NCBI GenBank assembly: GCA_024137785.1
Contig: JAHRHZ010000009.1
Location: 15,211,892 to 15,275,891 of the forward strand
Source of the DNA: Ginglymostoma cirratum
Taxonomy: Eukaryota
DNA: 64,000 bases
Direction of reading: 5' to 3'
The notes beneath the pieces are model-generated. The model saw only the letters and a list, made by a program, of their open reading frames with translations. It made no database searches and was not told the DNA's origin. Each line of letters starts with the position of its first letter. Within the stretch, counting starts at the first letter, position 1. Positions 39,095 to 52,218 of this stretch are shown one piece after another. The position numbers were made by a program, and so were the translations under genes.

Positions 39095-40753
39095 TAGGGA
39101 TGTTAATTGATGGTTCCACAATGTTCAGCATCGTTTGCAGTTCCTCAGATACTGAGGCAGCCCCTCATCCAAATTCGGCAAGATTTAGTCAATATTCAGG
39201 TCTAGGCCGATCAGTAACATCGGTGCCAGGCAATGACCATTTCCAACAAGGAAAATCTAACCATCCGATCTTGATGTTCAATAGTATCACCATCGCTGAA
39301 ACCCCACTATCAACATTTGTGGTTGTTACAATTGACCAAACTGGACTTGTGATATAAATATTGTGACTACATGGCCAGGTCAGAAGATAGCAATTCTGCA
39401 ACTTGTAACTCACCACATGACTTCTGAGAGCCTGCCCACCATCTAGCAGGCACAAGTCAAAAGTGTGATGGAATGCTCCCCACTTACCTGGTTGATGCAG
39501 TCCAACAGCACTCAAGAAGCTTGACACCATCAAGGACGAAGTAGCCCACTTGATTGACATCACATCCACAAACGATGCACAACAATAGCAGTGTGCACCA
39601 TCTACAAGATGAACTGCCGCAGCAATACACCCAAACTTCTTAGCACCTTCCTAATCAGTGACCTCCACCACTTAGAAAGAAAGAGACAGCAAAAAGCATG
39701 GGAACACTACCATCTGCAAATTCTTCTCCGAACCATGCACTATCTTGAACATCGAACTGTATCACTATTGCTTCATTGTCACTGGATCAAATTCCTTCAA
39801 TTCCCATCCTAACTACACTTTTGCTATTCTCATACCCCAAGGACTGCAGGGGTTCAAAACAACAGCTTACCACTACCTTCACAAGGGCAATTATGAAAGG
39901 GCAGTAACCGCAGTGATATGTGCATTCCAAATACAGATAGTTTTTACATGATTTGAATTTGGAATAATTCACATTTCTAATTGATGAGAATCAGGAAAAG
40001 TGGAATGAGCAGATTGGATGCCCAGCACAGACCCCTTACTAAGAGTTTCAGCTTTGCTAAAGACTGTGAAGATTATTATTTCACAAAGCAAGTTGTAGAA
40101 ATTCTGGCTCCTTATCCTCAGGACTTGAATACTAAATTTTAAATGTCAAAAGAACTGCTCACTGGTGTGAACAAAAGCATATCTTCAAATATATCAGCAG
40201 AATGAGGGGGAAGCTTTGCATATTAACTGTTCCCTCCACATGGAAAACCCAAAGTAATGTGAAAAGTACACAGTTATTTTCAGAGATATGTGACAAATAC
40301 TTGGCACATGGTATGAGAGTCTAAGCTTGAGTTCATTCCTGCTAAGCAAACAGAAAAACCAAATTCTAACTTTATGAACCTCTATAGGCCGCCCCTTACC
40401 CTGCCCTTTTCAAGAGGGCAATGCCCAAGCCTCGTCAATCTTTCCTGATCAGGAAGCCCTCCAACTTTAGGTATCATCCAGGTTTATCATTCTTGCATAA
40501 TGCATCTTCTATATCTTTCCAATAACATGGAGACCAGAAGTATGCACAGTACTCCAAGTGTGCACTCATTGCCTCTAGATTTGAACTCTTGCTTGCAATA
40601 CTCCTTGGAGAGCCAAGCACAGGATATTGTCACCTAATCCTTGGATCCCTCTGAACTTGAGAATTTGCAGTGTTTCCGGACTTGAGCTGAAAATTTCAAA
40701 GCCAAGGTTTTCCTTCTTTCCGTCCCTCCCCAGCATTGTACTTTTTTTTAAAG

Positions 40754-41093
40754 AATACCTACAGTGTGGAAACAGGCCATTCAGCCCAACAAGCCTACAC
40801 TGTCTCTCCAAAAAGCATCCCACCCTGACTCACCCCCCTTCCCTACCTCTGTAACCCCACACTTCCCATGGCTAATCCACCTCATGTATACTATGGGGCA
40901 ATTTAGCATGGTCAATCCACCTAGCCTGCACATCTTTGGACTGTGGGAGGAAACTGGAGCAGTTGAAGGAAGCCCACACAGACACAAGGAGAATGTGCAA
41001 ACTCCACATAGTCGGTTACCCAAGGGTGGAATTGAACCTGGGTCCCTGGCCCTGTGAAGTAGCAGTACCAACCACTGAGCAACCATGCCACGC
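40754..41093 (-). mobile_element. HE1-like V-SINE, full length
   Basis: Head, V-domain and tail homologous to the other copies. Confidence 0.9.
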
Positions 41094-41311
41094 AGTCCCC
41101 CATAAGTGATGTTGGTAAGAGATCATCAAGCCTGCCCTTAAACCTATTGAGGTCATTAACTACTCAATTAGAGGCGAGCTAAGGGCTTGTTTCTGTCTCA
41201 GCTCCAGGAACACATGGTAACTGGAGAAAGGAGAATGAATCAGACAAGCCTGCTACTCCACAATCTCAGGATAAATGGCATTAAGGAAATGGAGGTACAT
41301 CCTGTTGCCTG

Positions 41312-41368
41312 ATAACAAGGCGTGGTTATGTCGGATTCTCCAGCATCTGCAGTACCTTTTATCTCTGA
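41312..41368. mobile_element. 57-bp Penelope-derived micro-insertion, family B, with 16-bp TSD
   Basis: TACATCCTGTTGCCTG at 41296-41311 and 41369-41384. Insert = ataacaaggcgtg (inverted arm) + gttatgtcggattctccagcatctgcagtacc..atctctga, homologous to 30138-30182. Confidence 0.85.
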
Positions 41369-42022
41369 TACATCCTGTTGCCTGTTTGCTTAGGCTCCAA
41401 CCTCACCCTCCACACACACACACAGCCGCACTGACCTTACTCTGTTATTCATGTTGTCTTCCTTCCTGGGACTGCTTTACCCCTAGTGAGGGCTGCTACT
41501 GAGTTCTTACACTGCTGGGACAACACAGCTACCAGCCAATCATATTGCCCAGCAGCTGTCAAGGGCAAGACTCCCTAACTTATAGGGGCAGATGTACCAA
41601 TTAACTTGTTAAAGGCTGCCCCCAACATGTTACCACTCACAAAAACATCTCTCCCCCACCATCACCACCCACCTACCCCTCCATCTTAAAATTATGCTCC
41701 GTGTTTCAGAATAATGACCTTTCATGAAAAAAGCTGGAAAGCTAACTGATTTCGAGCATGTGTAGAGACAGGGGAACAGAAGAACGAAAAGGAAGCTCTG
41801 TGACAGTGTGGATGACAGGACAGATTAAATGACAGAAGGAATGATTGTGCAAAGCCAAAGGAAATGGTAATAACAGATGTAAACAAAAATAATATCGGTC
41901 TATAGTAACTGTATATAACACGAGCAGAACAATAGATGGAAGCATGTTAATTATACAAACAATTTCCAAATTGTCTGAAAATAAAAGTCATATTGAATCT
42001 GTGTAATACAGCATTTGTTTAC

Positions 42023-42163
42023 CTGAGCAGAAACTATCGGAGTATCTGTCATATACAGCGAGGCAGTCTCTCTCATCACATTCACATGTTGCCCCATGAA
42101 TGTCACCGTATTCACCACTGGGATCCAGGTCATAGCATGTACACTCACCACAGATGCAATTCC
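42023..42163 (-). CDS. ITGBL1: ITGBL1 internal coding exon (141 nt, phase 1-1; exon 6 equivalent)
   Basis: ttttttttctttag|GG AAT TGC...TGC TCA G|gtaaac. Translates [48 protein letters not shown]. Confidence 0.97.
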
Positions 42164-42539
42164 CTAAAGAAAAAAAATCACAGCATGATCTGAGAAGGGT
42201 GGTATTGTGCTGTCATCAAACACGGCCATACTGTGTAATCCATGCTTAACTACTGTAAATTATATTTATTATGTAGTCATTGAGAGTGCATTTCCTTTCT
42301 CATCCTCCCATCACATTCTGTTGTTCAAGTGGCGTTTCAGTTCTGACAAAAAAAATCAGTAACCAATCTCATCCAAAGAGATCCCCAACTGATAGAATTT
42401 CTGGGCTAAACTTTACCTTTGCTATCTTGAGTCATTAACTCCATGAATGGTATCATTTCTTTATCACCTCACATATTGCTTCTATTTTCTCAATTTGATG
42501 CACTATCTCAGAAATTGACTTCAATTTTGCTATCCTCCT

Positions 42540-42900
42540 TGATACCATACATGACCAAATGCTGTCTTGATGTCAAGGGCAGGCGTTCTCATTTCACCTC
42601 TGGACTTCAACGTTGTTTGCCCAAGTTTAGACTACAGCTGTAATGAGATGTGCAGCTCTGATGATATTTAAAACTACCCAACTGTGAGCAGGTTATTGCT
42701 GAGAAAGTACAATGTGATAGCATTGTTGACAGCCCCTTCCACAACTTTGCGGACGATTGAGAGTAGACTGATGGAGCAGTAATTAAGCGGATTGGATTTG
42801 TCCTGCTTTTTGTGGAGAGGACTCCTCTGAGCAATTTTCCATATTGTTTGGCAGATGCCAGTTGTAGCTGCACTAGAACAGCCTAACAACAGGCATGGCA
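42540..42900 (-). mobile_element. CR1-group LINE RT fragment
   Basis: WKIAQ..PLHKKQDKSNPLNYCSISLLSIVRKVVEG (RT domain NYRPISL motif) in ORF 42674..42901. Confidence 0.85.
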
Positions 42901-42956
42901 AGGAGGAAGGCTTCCTATTTGCTAACAGAGCAATCCCTTCTGCACCATCCCCACAT

Positions 42957-42959
<3 letters not shown>

Positions 42960-43006
<47 letters not shown>
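42960..43006. repeat. (CA)n microsatellite, perfect
   Basis: Directly visible in the sequence. Confidence 0.98.
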
Positions 43007-43007
<1 letters not shown>

Positions 43008-45754
43008 CATCCATTTCCTGCAATGTCACTTGACCTATCCAGCGCAGAGACAGAGTATCTAAAGCCACAGCATCTCATTCCTGCAACTATAAATTGTTAG
43101 ATTTGCAAATTCTTTAATTAAATGCTTTCAAAAAAGCTTAACTTTTTCTTTCATTCACAAGTTTTACTCTCTTAATTAAATCTTTCTTTCTTTATTTATT
43201 TCTGTTTCTATCCCTGATTTGACCAATTCCCTTGATTTCCTTTCCTGTCCTTTTCTGTTTCTTTCCCAATCCTTCAATCTCATTGGTTATGGAGATAGAC
43301 TGCTGGGTCTCATACAAAAGGCTATGGATTCACAATTCACTATCTTAACCTCCCAGCAATAAACAATCATGAGGCCACAATTAATATCCACCTAATAAAC
43401 ACAATTAGTACTCAATTGATAAACAATTAACATCAAATCCACCATTGCCTTTGCTGTGCTATTTTCAGCTCATGTACCCAATAAGTTAGGATTCTAAAAT
43501 GATCTCTAGGTGAAGGATGAGGAGAAAAGGTCTCTCTAACTAACATGGAATGCCAGGTGATGCGCTGCGTCTGCACAATCTCAGCTATTATACTGAGTTG
43601 TCACTTTGTTCTTCCACCTGTGCACAAACATGTGCAGCAAATAGCCTCCCATCCACCATGTGTAGGATTCTGGGGTTCAATCAGATTCCTAAGGCATTGC
43701 ATTTAAAGGGAGAAAAGGGGATGGGAGAAGGAACTCTCTTACTCAGTGAATAGTACTGAATTAGGACCCGTCGGCTTTAAGGGCAGGGCAAATAGAGATG
43801 GTCAATCATTTCTAAAGGAAAACTGGACAGGCATTTGAGGTAAGTTTTCAGGGTTACATGGATAGAGGAAAGGAGGAAAGGAATGGGAGTGACTGGGTTG
43901 CTCTACAGAGAGCTGGTACGGACTCATTGCGTCAAGTGGCCTCCTTCCTTCCATGCTGTAATGACTATTTGACAAAAGAATTCATTCATTACTATATTTC
44001 AGAAAACTATAGTTCAATCTCAATGAAAATGTCCTGATGACACTAGAGAATAACCGAAGTTCAACATGGAAAGGAATCAAACCTGTTCCACCCTGTAGCA
44101 TCTGTAGTGCTCGTATTAAATTTGCTCTGCTGCTGACAATTGTACAAGATAAAGATCAGTAAAGTAACAAAATGATGTACATCTCCTGATCTGTGCATGA
44201 TGGTGAGATATTGAAAGAACTTTCATTCATCTCCCCAAAATCACTGCAATGCACTAAAGGCCATCCCCTGCAATCATAGAGCCATAGAAATTCAGAAAGA
44301 GCAGGATGCAATTTCAGCTCATTGCTGGTTCTGCCATAGAGAAATCTGTGCTATCTCCATTTCCCAGAACCCTCCTTGCTGTTAAACAATTAGCATCTTC
44401 AAGTGTGGATCTTAAAAACCTTGATTGTTTTTGTTCAAAAATTGGCAGATTAATTCCAAGCAAAAAATTGATGCAATTACGTATATGAATTACATGGAAT
44501 GAAATAAAGAAACAGACCATTCAGCCCACCAGTTGTGCTGATATTTATGTTATAAAAGAACCTCCAACTGTCCCCCTTCACTCACCCAGTCGATATTTCA
44601 TTCTATTCGTTTTTCCCTCATACCAGCTTCACCATCAATGCATTTGTACTATTCAACTTAATAAGTTATGCTGTTCTACTTAATGAAAATGTTTCTGCTG
44701 AATTCTGTAATGGATTTATTTGAGACCATCAGCTGCTTGTAGCCCCTAGCTTTAATCATCTTACAAATAGAAACATCCAATCAGCCGTAACACACCTTCA
44801 GTATTTTAAAGACCTCTATCAGGTCACTTCTCAGCATTTTCTTTTGCAGAGAACAAAGCTCCAGCCTGTGTTTAAGCCCCACATGAACCTTTTCCCACCC
44901 TACTTCATTGTACTCTAACTTCATTCTATCTACAAATCTTCACCCAGTCTTTTATGACATCTTTTGATTTGCTTATCTAAGACATATACTCTTTGTCCAG
45001 GAATAATCACTCGAGCTATGAGAGTAAGAGGCAGAGCTCACACTCGTGTGTTCACGCTTGATAGCACCGTCTTTCACTAATGAAGAAGAATGCCCTCACT
45101 AGCCCAGCATGGTATCGGTGAGAAAGACACTTTGCGTCCTTGATTTGCTTTCAGACCATTGAGGGTGTGTTTAATTTTGAGTACAGCATGTAACATATGT
45201 GAACACTGGCTCAATGAGCTGATTTCAAACAGCTTTGAGACCTGCCAATAATTAACACACACATTCTCAGACAAGGCTCAGAGCAATTTTTTTCTTGTGT
45301 TATGGAATAACTAAACACTTTGAAGTTGGGAAACTACAAGCCTTGGACTGTGTAATAGTTTCTTGGCTGGAAGCCAGCTCAGGAACATTCTCAATTTTCA
45401 CTGTCATTCTGGGGTAGCCAAGTAGAACAACTTATGAAATGATGCTGTCTCTCTGACTCCGTCTTTCACTGTCTTTCTCTCTCTTTCTCGTTCTTCACAT
45501 TCAACATATCCATCAGCCTGTTTAGTTTGAAATAAGAGTGATAAATCAGAAAATAACAGGTCTGCTGGATTTTGAAATTTTCTTTTCTGAGTTGAGTCTT
45601 TCAGAGCCACGGTATGATTTCTACCACAATAACTCCTGCTGTCATTACACAAAACCGAAGCAATCAGAGTAGAAGTGGGTAACATCATTTACTCTAAATT
45701 TCAAGCTTCTTCATTAACATTTTCATTACGTCTGAACTGTTTTGAAAGACACAC

Positions 45755-45895
45755 CTCGGTTGCTGCAGACCTTGCCATCCGATGACATGCATTTCCTTTT
45801 GCTCTCCCACGGGGTAATGTCACACTGGAATTCACATTTATCGCCATGCCAACCAGGCATACAGTAGCAGTTACCACAGTAACACTTTCCATGCC
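45755..45895 (-). CDS. ITGBL1: ITGBL1 internal coding exon (141 nt, phase 1-1; exon 5 equivalent)
   Basis: tttaag|GG CAT GGA...AAC CGA G|gtgtgt. Translates [48 protein letters not shown]; the motif [19 protein letters not shown] is characteristic of ITGBL1. Confidence 0.97.
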
Positions 45896-46879
45896 CTTAA
45901 ACCACAAGAAATAGTGGGTAAAGCAGCAAAACTAAAATTTAAGATTATTGTGACAATTTTCAGCCGAGGCATTTATTTCCCAGATTTCATTTCACAAATT
46001 ACCCTTCATGATTAATTTCAAAACAATTTGACACACATGCAGACAGATGTCGTCCTCAATGTCCAAAACCACTTCCAATTATCACACAAATAACGGGTTC
46101 CTAACATCAATAAAATTACCCCACATACAAGCCAACTATTCCGTAGAAGTGGTTAAAAAAAATTAAAATTAAATTCTGGTTCAGGTGCAAATATTGCAAA
46201 AAGTTGTCCGTAGTAAGTGACCTGTTCCAATGGCAAGGGAAATGGATTGTGAATCTAGTCAGAAAATTAGCATGAATGTTTGTTCCAATCTTTTATCATG
46301 TAAGATTTTCATTTATCATGTAACAAAAATATCACGCGTTTGTATGGCACCTTTGTGAGATAAGTATTTACAAAGTGTTTTACAAGGGGAAAACTGGACA
46401 GATAGTACACTGAGCTAAAGTATATATTAGAAGGCTGGTTTAAAGTGTGATGAAAGAGTGAGGATCTTCAGTAGGGTTTCTAAAGAGTTGAGGGGTTTGG
46501 AGAGATGGAGGGATACAACTTGGTTTAAGCCTTCTGTTGTTAGAAGATTGGATAGAAAGAATAACATATTTCTACGTGGATTAACTTCACAATTCATCAG
46601 GGTTGAACATCTGAGTATGTTTTGTAAGGGAACATAATTTTTAAAACATTTCTGAATGCCACAAAATAACCCAATAAATGTTATCTTCAGTGAGTTCAAT
46701 CCCTTTCAGCGTTATGCACATCTGATTCTTCCAAAGCTCGTAACTACAGGAAACCTGGGGCCACTTTAGCAAAATGTCAGGTGAATGCTTGCACAAATAA
46801 TGCTACCAAAGACTCTACTTTCACTTTATCGAGCATGCAGAATGCAGCACTTGTTGAAATGAAATATACTGAGGTGCAC

Positions 46880-47002
46880 CTCCACAGATCTCGCCAGTTT
46901 CATCGTCAATGCAATCTTCGTCGTTGCACTCACAAAACTTTCCATAAATCAGTTTTTCATTCCCAGGATTGTCGCAGATACACCTGCCACAGTGACAGGT
47001 AC
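46880..47002 (-). CDS. ITGBL1: ITGBL1 internal coding exon (123 nt, phase 1-1; exon 4 equivalent)
   Basis: ttttctag|GT ACC TGT...TGT GGA G|gtgcac. Translates [42 protein letters not shown] (also visible in ORF 46821..47033). Confidence 0.95.
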
Positions 47003-47504
47003 CTAGAAAATATGAAAAACATGGAGCACTCATTATGTGTTGCTTGCATGAATTCCATTGTTTATTGCATCATAAAACAGACAAATACAACTTGGCTTAA
47101 TTATTGCAGTTATGATACAATCCTCGAAATACTTCCTCCTCTCTACAACCTCTCTGGGCTGTAATACAGATTCTTTTAGTTTATCCATTCATGGGATGTC
47201 TGTGTCTCTGTCTACGCCAGCATTTAATACCCATCCCTAACTGCCCGGGATAAGGTGATTGTGAGCTGCTGTCTTGAACTGTTGCAGTCCATGTGGAGAA
47301 GATACCTCGAGAGTGCTTCAGGAAGGGGATTCCAGGATTTTCACCCAATGACAATGAGATAATAGTGATATTATATCATATATATATGGGCCACTGTGTA
47401 GTGCTTGGAAGGGAATGCACAAGTCGGGGTAATAGTGCTGCTGCTCTTAATCTTTTTTAGGTGGCAGAGGTCACAGGTTTGGAAGTTGTTGTTGTTGAAG
47501 GAAC

Positions 47505-49985
47505 CTTTGGAACATTGGATCAGGAGTGGGCCATTCAGCCTGTCAAGTTTGCCTGAACATTTAGACGAGATGGTGGTTGATCTGCTACCTCTGGATCTTT
47601 CCCAAACTGTCTCCATATACCTGAATGTCATTAGTCTCCACAAACCCTCAGATTTTTGTCCTCAAACCTGTTCAATAATTGAGCTTCCACATCCCTCTGA
47701 GGTAGAGAATTCCAAAGTTTTGTTATCCTCTGAGTGAAGAAATTCTTCCTCACCTCTGTCATTAATGGTCTGCCCCCTAGCCTGAGATTATGTCCTCTGG
47801 TTCTTGTGTTACCAGCCAAGGGAAAATACATTTACATTGTCACGCTCCGTAAGAATGTTCCAAGTTTCACTGAGATCGCCTCTCATTCTTTAAACCTCAA
47901 GGCAATACAGGCACAGTTTCCTCAATTTCTCCTTAAAAGGCAATCCCACCATCCTAAGGATAAATCAGGAGAACCTCCATTGAACTTCATTAATGGCAAA
48001 TACATTCTTCCATATATAAAGAGACAAAACTTTACAGAATACTTCAAATGCAGTCTCACCAAAGTTCCATAAAACTTCAGGAAAATATCATTACCTCTGT
48101 ACATTAATCTCCTTGCGACGAAGGCCAAAATACCATTCAGCTTCCTAATTGCTTGCTGTACCCACATGCTAACCTGTAGTGACTTGAAGATAAGGGCACT
48201 CATGTCCCTTTGAACACCCACACATCCCAGTACTCAAGTTAAGAAATATTCCGCTTTTTAAATTTCTTTTCTACCAAAGCAAGTAGCGTCACACTTAGAT
48301 ACATTAAATTCCATCTGGCACATCTTAGCCTGTCCAACTCATCTTGAAGCCTCCTCCTATCCTCCTCACAATTTTTGCTCCCACCCACTTCGGCGTAGTC
48401 AGCAAATTTTGAAATATTCCAATTGGTCCCACATCCAAATCATATTACAGATTGTGAACATACATGGCCCCAACACTGGCCCAAGTATGAACCTACTAGT
48501 AATAACCTGTAATTCCGAGAATGATCTGTTTATTACTACACTATTTCTGTTCTATTAGTCAATTCTCAAACTATACTGAAAAAAACAAATAAAAACATAA
48601 AGACCAAAAAAAAAATCTTCTCACATCTATTCTAATGATGCCACCTTTCGCAAGGGGATCTCAGAAATGTCCACGTTTTTCCACAACCAAGGATTCCCCG
48701 CCACCGTCCTTGACAGGGCTCTCAGTCACGTCTGACCTATTTCTCGCCATTCTGCCCCCACCCCGCCTTCCCTCCCTCCAATAATATCATTAGGGACTTC
48801 CTGGTCCTCAGTTACCACCCACCAAGTTCCATATCCATTTCATCTACCTTCAATGGGATGCCACCCCCGACCCACATCCCCCTCCCCTCTCTTGTCACCA
48901 TTCCACAGGGACCATTCCCGCCAGGATACCTTGGTCCACTCCTCTTCTATTCCCAACACTCCCCCACACTCCCACAGCACCTTCCCACGCAGAAGTTGTA
49001 ACACTTGTTCGTTTACTCTCTCCCTCCTCACCATCCAAGGTCTCTGATACACCTTCCAGGTGAAACTGTGATTTACCTGCACTTCACTCACTCAACCTAG
49101 TCTACTGTATTAGCTCCTCACAATGTGGTCTCCTCTACACTGGGTGGATGAAAGGCAGACAGGGTGACTAATTTGCGGAACACTTATGCTGTGTCCTCAA
49201 AACTGACCCTGAGTTTCCAGTTGCCTAGCATTTCAACATACCATCATGGTCCCTGACCAACATCTTTATCTCAGACCTACTACAGTGCTCCAGGAAAGCT
49301 CAGCACAAGCTGGAAGAACACAATCTCATTTTCCGCTTGGGGAACCTACAGCCTACAGAACTCAGTATCAAGTTCAATAATTACATCTGAACACCTCCTT
49401 CCACATCCTTTACCCACCCCCATACCCAGACCCTGTCATGACATATGCTGCTTGCATCATTGTCTACCCATCTTCACCAATTAATGGTCCTGGTTTTTTT
49501 TTCTCTCTGACTAACCATTATCCATCCCTTTGTCTGCCTAACTACTGTTCTCTTTCTTTGGGCTCCATCCCACCTACTGCCAAGTTCTTTCCTCCCTCAG
49601 ATCCCCCTATCATCAGCACATATACCACTTTTTCCTAACTACTGTCAGTTCTGAAGAAGGATCACTGGACCCGAAATGTTAGCTGTGCTTTCTCACACTG
49701 ACCTGCTGAGTTCTTCCAGTAATTTCCGTTTTTGTCTATACTGGTATATTCACCCCATCACATGCACTTCAAATTTATTGAGTAATCTCTTGTGTATGAC
49801 CTTAGCAAAAATCTTCTGCAAATTCAAATACATCACACATCCACTGGTTCTCCCTTGTCCACACTGCAAGTAACATCCGCATTAAACTCCAACACATTTG
49901 TCCATCATGATTTTCCTTTCACAAATCCATGTTGACTTTGCCTAATAACGTGCAATATTTTCTAATAACCCAGTTATTACATCTT
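47505..49985 (-). mobile_element. CR1 LINE RT/3' region, split by a Penelope insertion
   Basis: TRGHNLRL...RKNFFTQRITKLWNSLP and YGTLVRLHLKYSVKF in the ORF track; the sequence resumes after 49743. Confidence 0.88.
48579..49735 (+). mobile_element. 5'-truncated Penelope-like retroelement (RT thumb, GIY-YIG endonuclease, pLTR with hammerhead), 8-bp TSD
   Basis: SEMSTFFHNQGFPATVLDRAL, RRSCNTC, NLVYCIS.SQCGLLYTG...AEHL, RKAQHKLEEHNLIFRLGNLQP; hammerhead at 49646-49685; CTATACTG at 48571-48578 and 49736-49743. Confidence 0.92.
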
Positions 49986-49989
49986 TGTT

Positions 49990-50760
49990 GAGTTACCGCA
50001 GTGCATTTTGTAAATGATACACTCTCGTACCATTATGTGATAGTGGTGAAGGGATTGAATGTTGAAGGTGGTCAATGGCACATCAACCAAGCAGGATGTT
50101 CACTCAGGCAAGTGGAGAGTATTCCATTTCATTCCTAACTTATAACTTTTAGATGTTTGACAGGCATTTGGGAGACATGGGTTAGTTAATGATTGCAGAT
50201 TTCTAATCTCTGACCTGCTCACGTTAGCATAGAATTTGTATGGTTAGTTCGATTTAGTTTGTGGTCTGTGAGTAACCAACAGGGTGTTGATAGTTGAGAA
50301 TCAGTAATGGTAATGCCATTTAACTTCAAGAGAAGATGATTGGATTCCCTCTTGTTGGATGTGGCCATTGCCAGGCACTTGTGTGGTGCAAATGTTACTT
50401 ACTATATATCGGCCCAAGTCTGGATATTGTGCAGATTTTGTTGCAGACAGACATGGACGGCTCCAGTATCTGACAAGTTATGAATGTTGCTGAATACTGT
50501 GCAATTGGCAGCGATTACTTCCTTTCTAACTCATGATAGAGGGAAGGCCATTGTTGAAGGAACTCAACACAGCTGAGCCTAAGACACTTCTGAACCGGGA
50601 GGCTTGGGTTCAACTCCTATTTGCTCGAGACAAATGTAATAACATTTCTGAACAGGTCAAGTTGAAAGTATCTATCCTGGGGAAATTCATGGACTGAGAT
50701 GATTGGCCTCCAACAACAACAACCATGATAAAATTCACATAGTTGTCTTTGACCCTCTAA
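49990..50760 (-). mobile_element. CR1-group LINE fragment carrying a tRNA-like SINE unit at about 50588-50670
   Basis: Homologous to 51360-52150; interrupted by ttctgaaccgggaggcttgggttcaactcc...taataacatttctgaacagg. Confidence 0.75.
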
Positions 50761-51014
50761 CTTTTTCTTTGAGTCCAGCACTAATAAAACAAATAGGGAA
50801 TTAATAGGAAACTCCTTTACCCCAAAAGTGAGAAATGTGAGGCTATACATTTTGGCAGGTATGCTAGAAAGACTGAATATCATTTAAATGGAGAAAGACT
50901 GTAGAAAGTTCCAGCACAGGTGGATTTGGGGGTCTTGATACATAAACCACAAAAAGCTAACATCCAAATTCAGCATGTAATAGGGAAACCAAAATGGAAT
51001 CTGGGCTTTTTTAA

Positions 51015-52218
51015 AAATTTATTCACGTGCAGAATGTGGGCATTGCTGGCTGGCCAGTATTTATTGCTAGGCCCTAGTTGTCATTTAGAAGATGATGGTG
51101 AGTTGCCTTTTTGAACTGCTGCATTTCATGTGCTGTAGATAGACCCACAATACTCTTCAGGAGGAAATTCCAGGATTTTGACCCAGTGACATTGAAGGAA
51201 TAATAATATATTTCCCAGTCAAGATGGTGAGTGTCTTGGAGGGGATCTTGCAGGTATTGGTATACTCACGTATTTGCTGTTCTTGTTCTTCTAGATGGAA
51301 GTTGTCACGTGTTTGGGATGCGCTGTCTAAGGATTGTTGGTGAATTTCTGCAGTGCATCTTGTAGATAGTACTCACTGCTGCTACTGAGTGCTGGTGGTG
51401 AAGGGAGTGGATGCTTGTGCATGTGGTGCCAGTCAAGTGGGCTGCTTTGTCCTGGATGTGTCAAGCTTCTTGAGTGTTGTTGGAGCTGCACTCATCCGGG
51501 CAAGTGGGGAGTATTCCATCACACACCTGTCTTGTGCCTTGGAGATAGGGGCTTTGCAGGTGGCAGGAAGGGAGTTACTCACCACAAGTCCTCACCTCTG
51601 ACATGCTCCTGTAGCCACTCTGTTTATGTGGTGAGTCCAGTTGAGTTTCTGGTCAATGGTAACCCCAAGGATGTTGATAGTGAAGGATTCAGTGATAGGA
51701 ACACCCTTGAATGTTAAGGGGCTGTGGTTAGATTGTCTTTTATTGGAGATAGTCATTGCCTGTCATTTGTGTGGTGCAAATGTTACCTGCCTTTGTCAGA
51801 CCAAGTCTGGATATTGTCCAGATTTGAACATGGACTGCTTCAGTATCTGAGGAGTCGCAAATGATGCTGAACATTATGCAATCATCGGCGAACATCCCCG
51901 CTTCTGACCTTATGATGGAGGGAAGGGCATTGATGAAGCTGCTGAATACAGTTGGATTTAAGACATCACCCGGAGGAATTCCTGCAGAGATGTCAACGTG
52001 GTCGACATGGACTTGAAGGGTCTATTTCCATGCTGTATGACTGCATGCTCTATGTCCTGGAGCTGAGATGACTGATTTCCAACAAGTACAATCATCTTCC
52101 TATGTGCCAAGTATGACTCCAACCAGCGGAGAGTTTGCCCCCTGACACCCATTGATTCCAGTTTTGTTCAGGCTTATTGATGGCACAGTTGGTGAAATTC
52201 AGCCTTGATGTCAAAGGC
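51015..52218 (-). mobile_element. CR1-group LINE 3' 1.2 kb nested in a + strand CR1 (50845-51010 and 52220-52770)
   Basis: MGVRGQTLRWLESYLAHRKMIVLVGNQSS RT motif; 3' tail ggccagtatttattgc; the flanking CR1 pieces are collinear. Confidence 0.85.

Larger units (their letters stand above)
37060..39930 (+). mobile_element. Second CR1-group LINE copy (same family as 32030-35170), interrupted at about 37573-39080 by SINE clusters
   Basis: Homologous blocks: ccaaggtgttcctgtattgccacaac, ggacaaatccaacc, gatgttaattgatggttccacaatgttc (FADD region), agcagtgtgcaccatctacaagatg, and the 3' tail. Confidence 0.85.
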
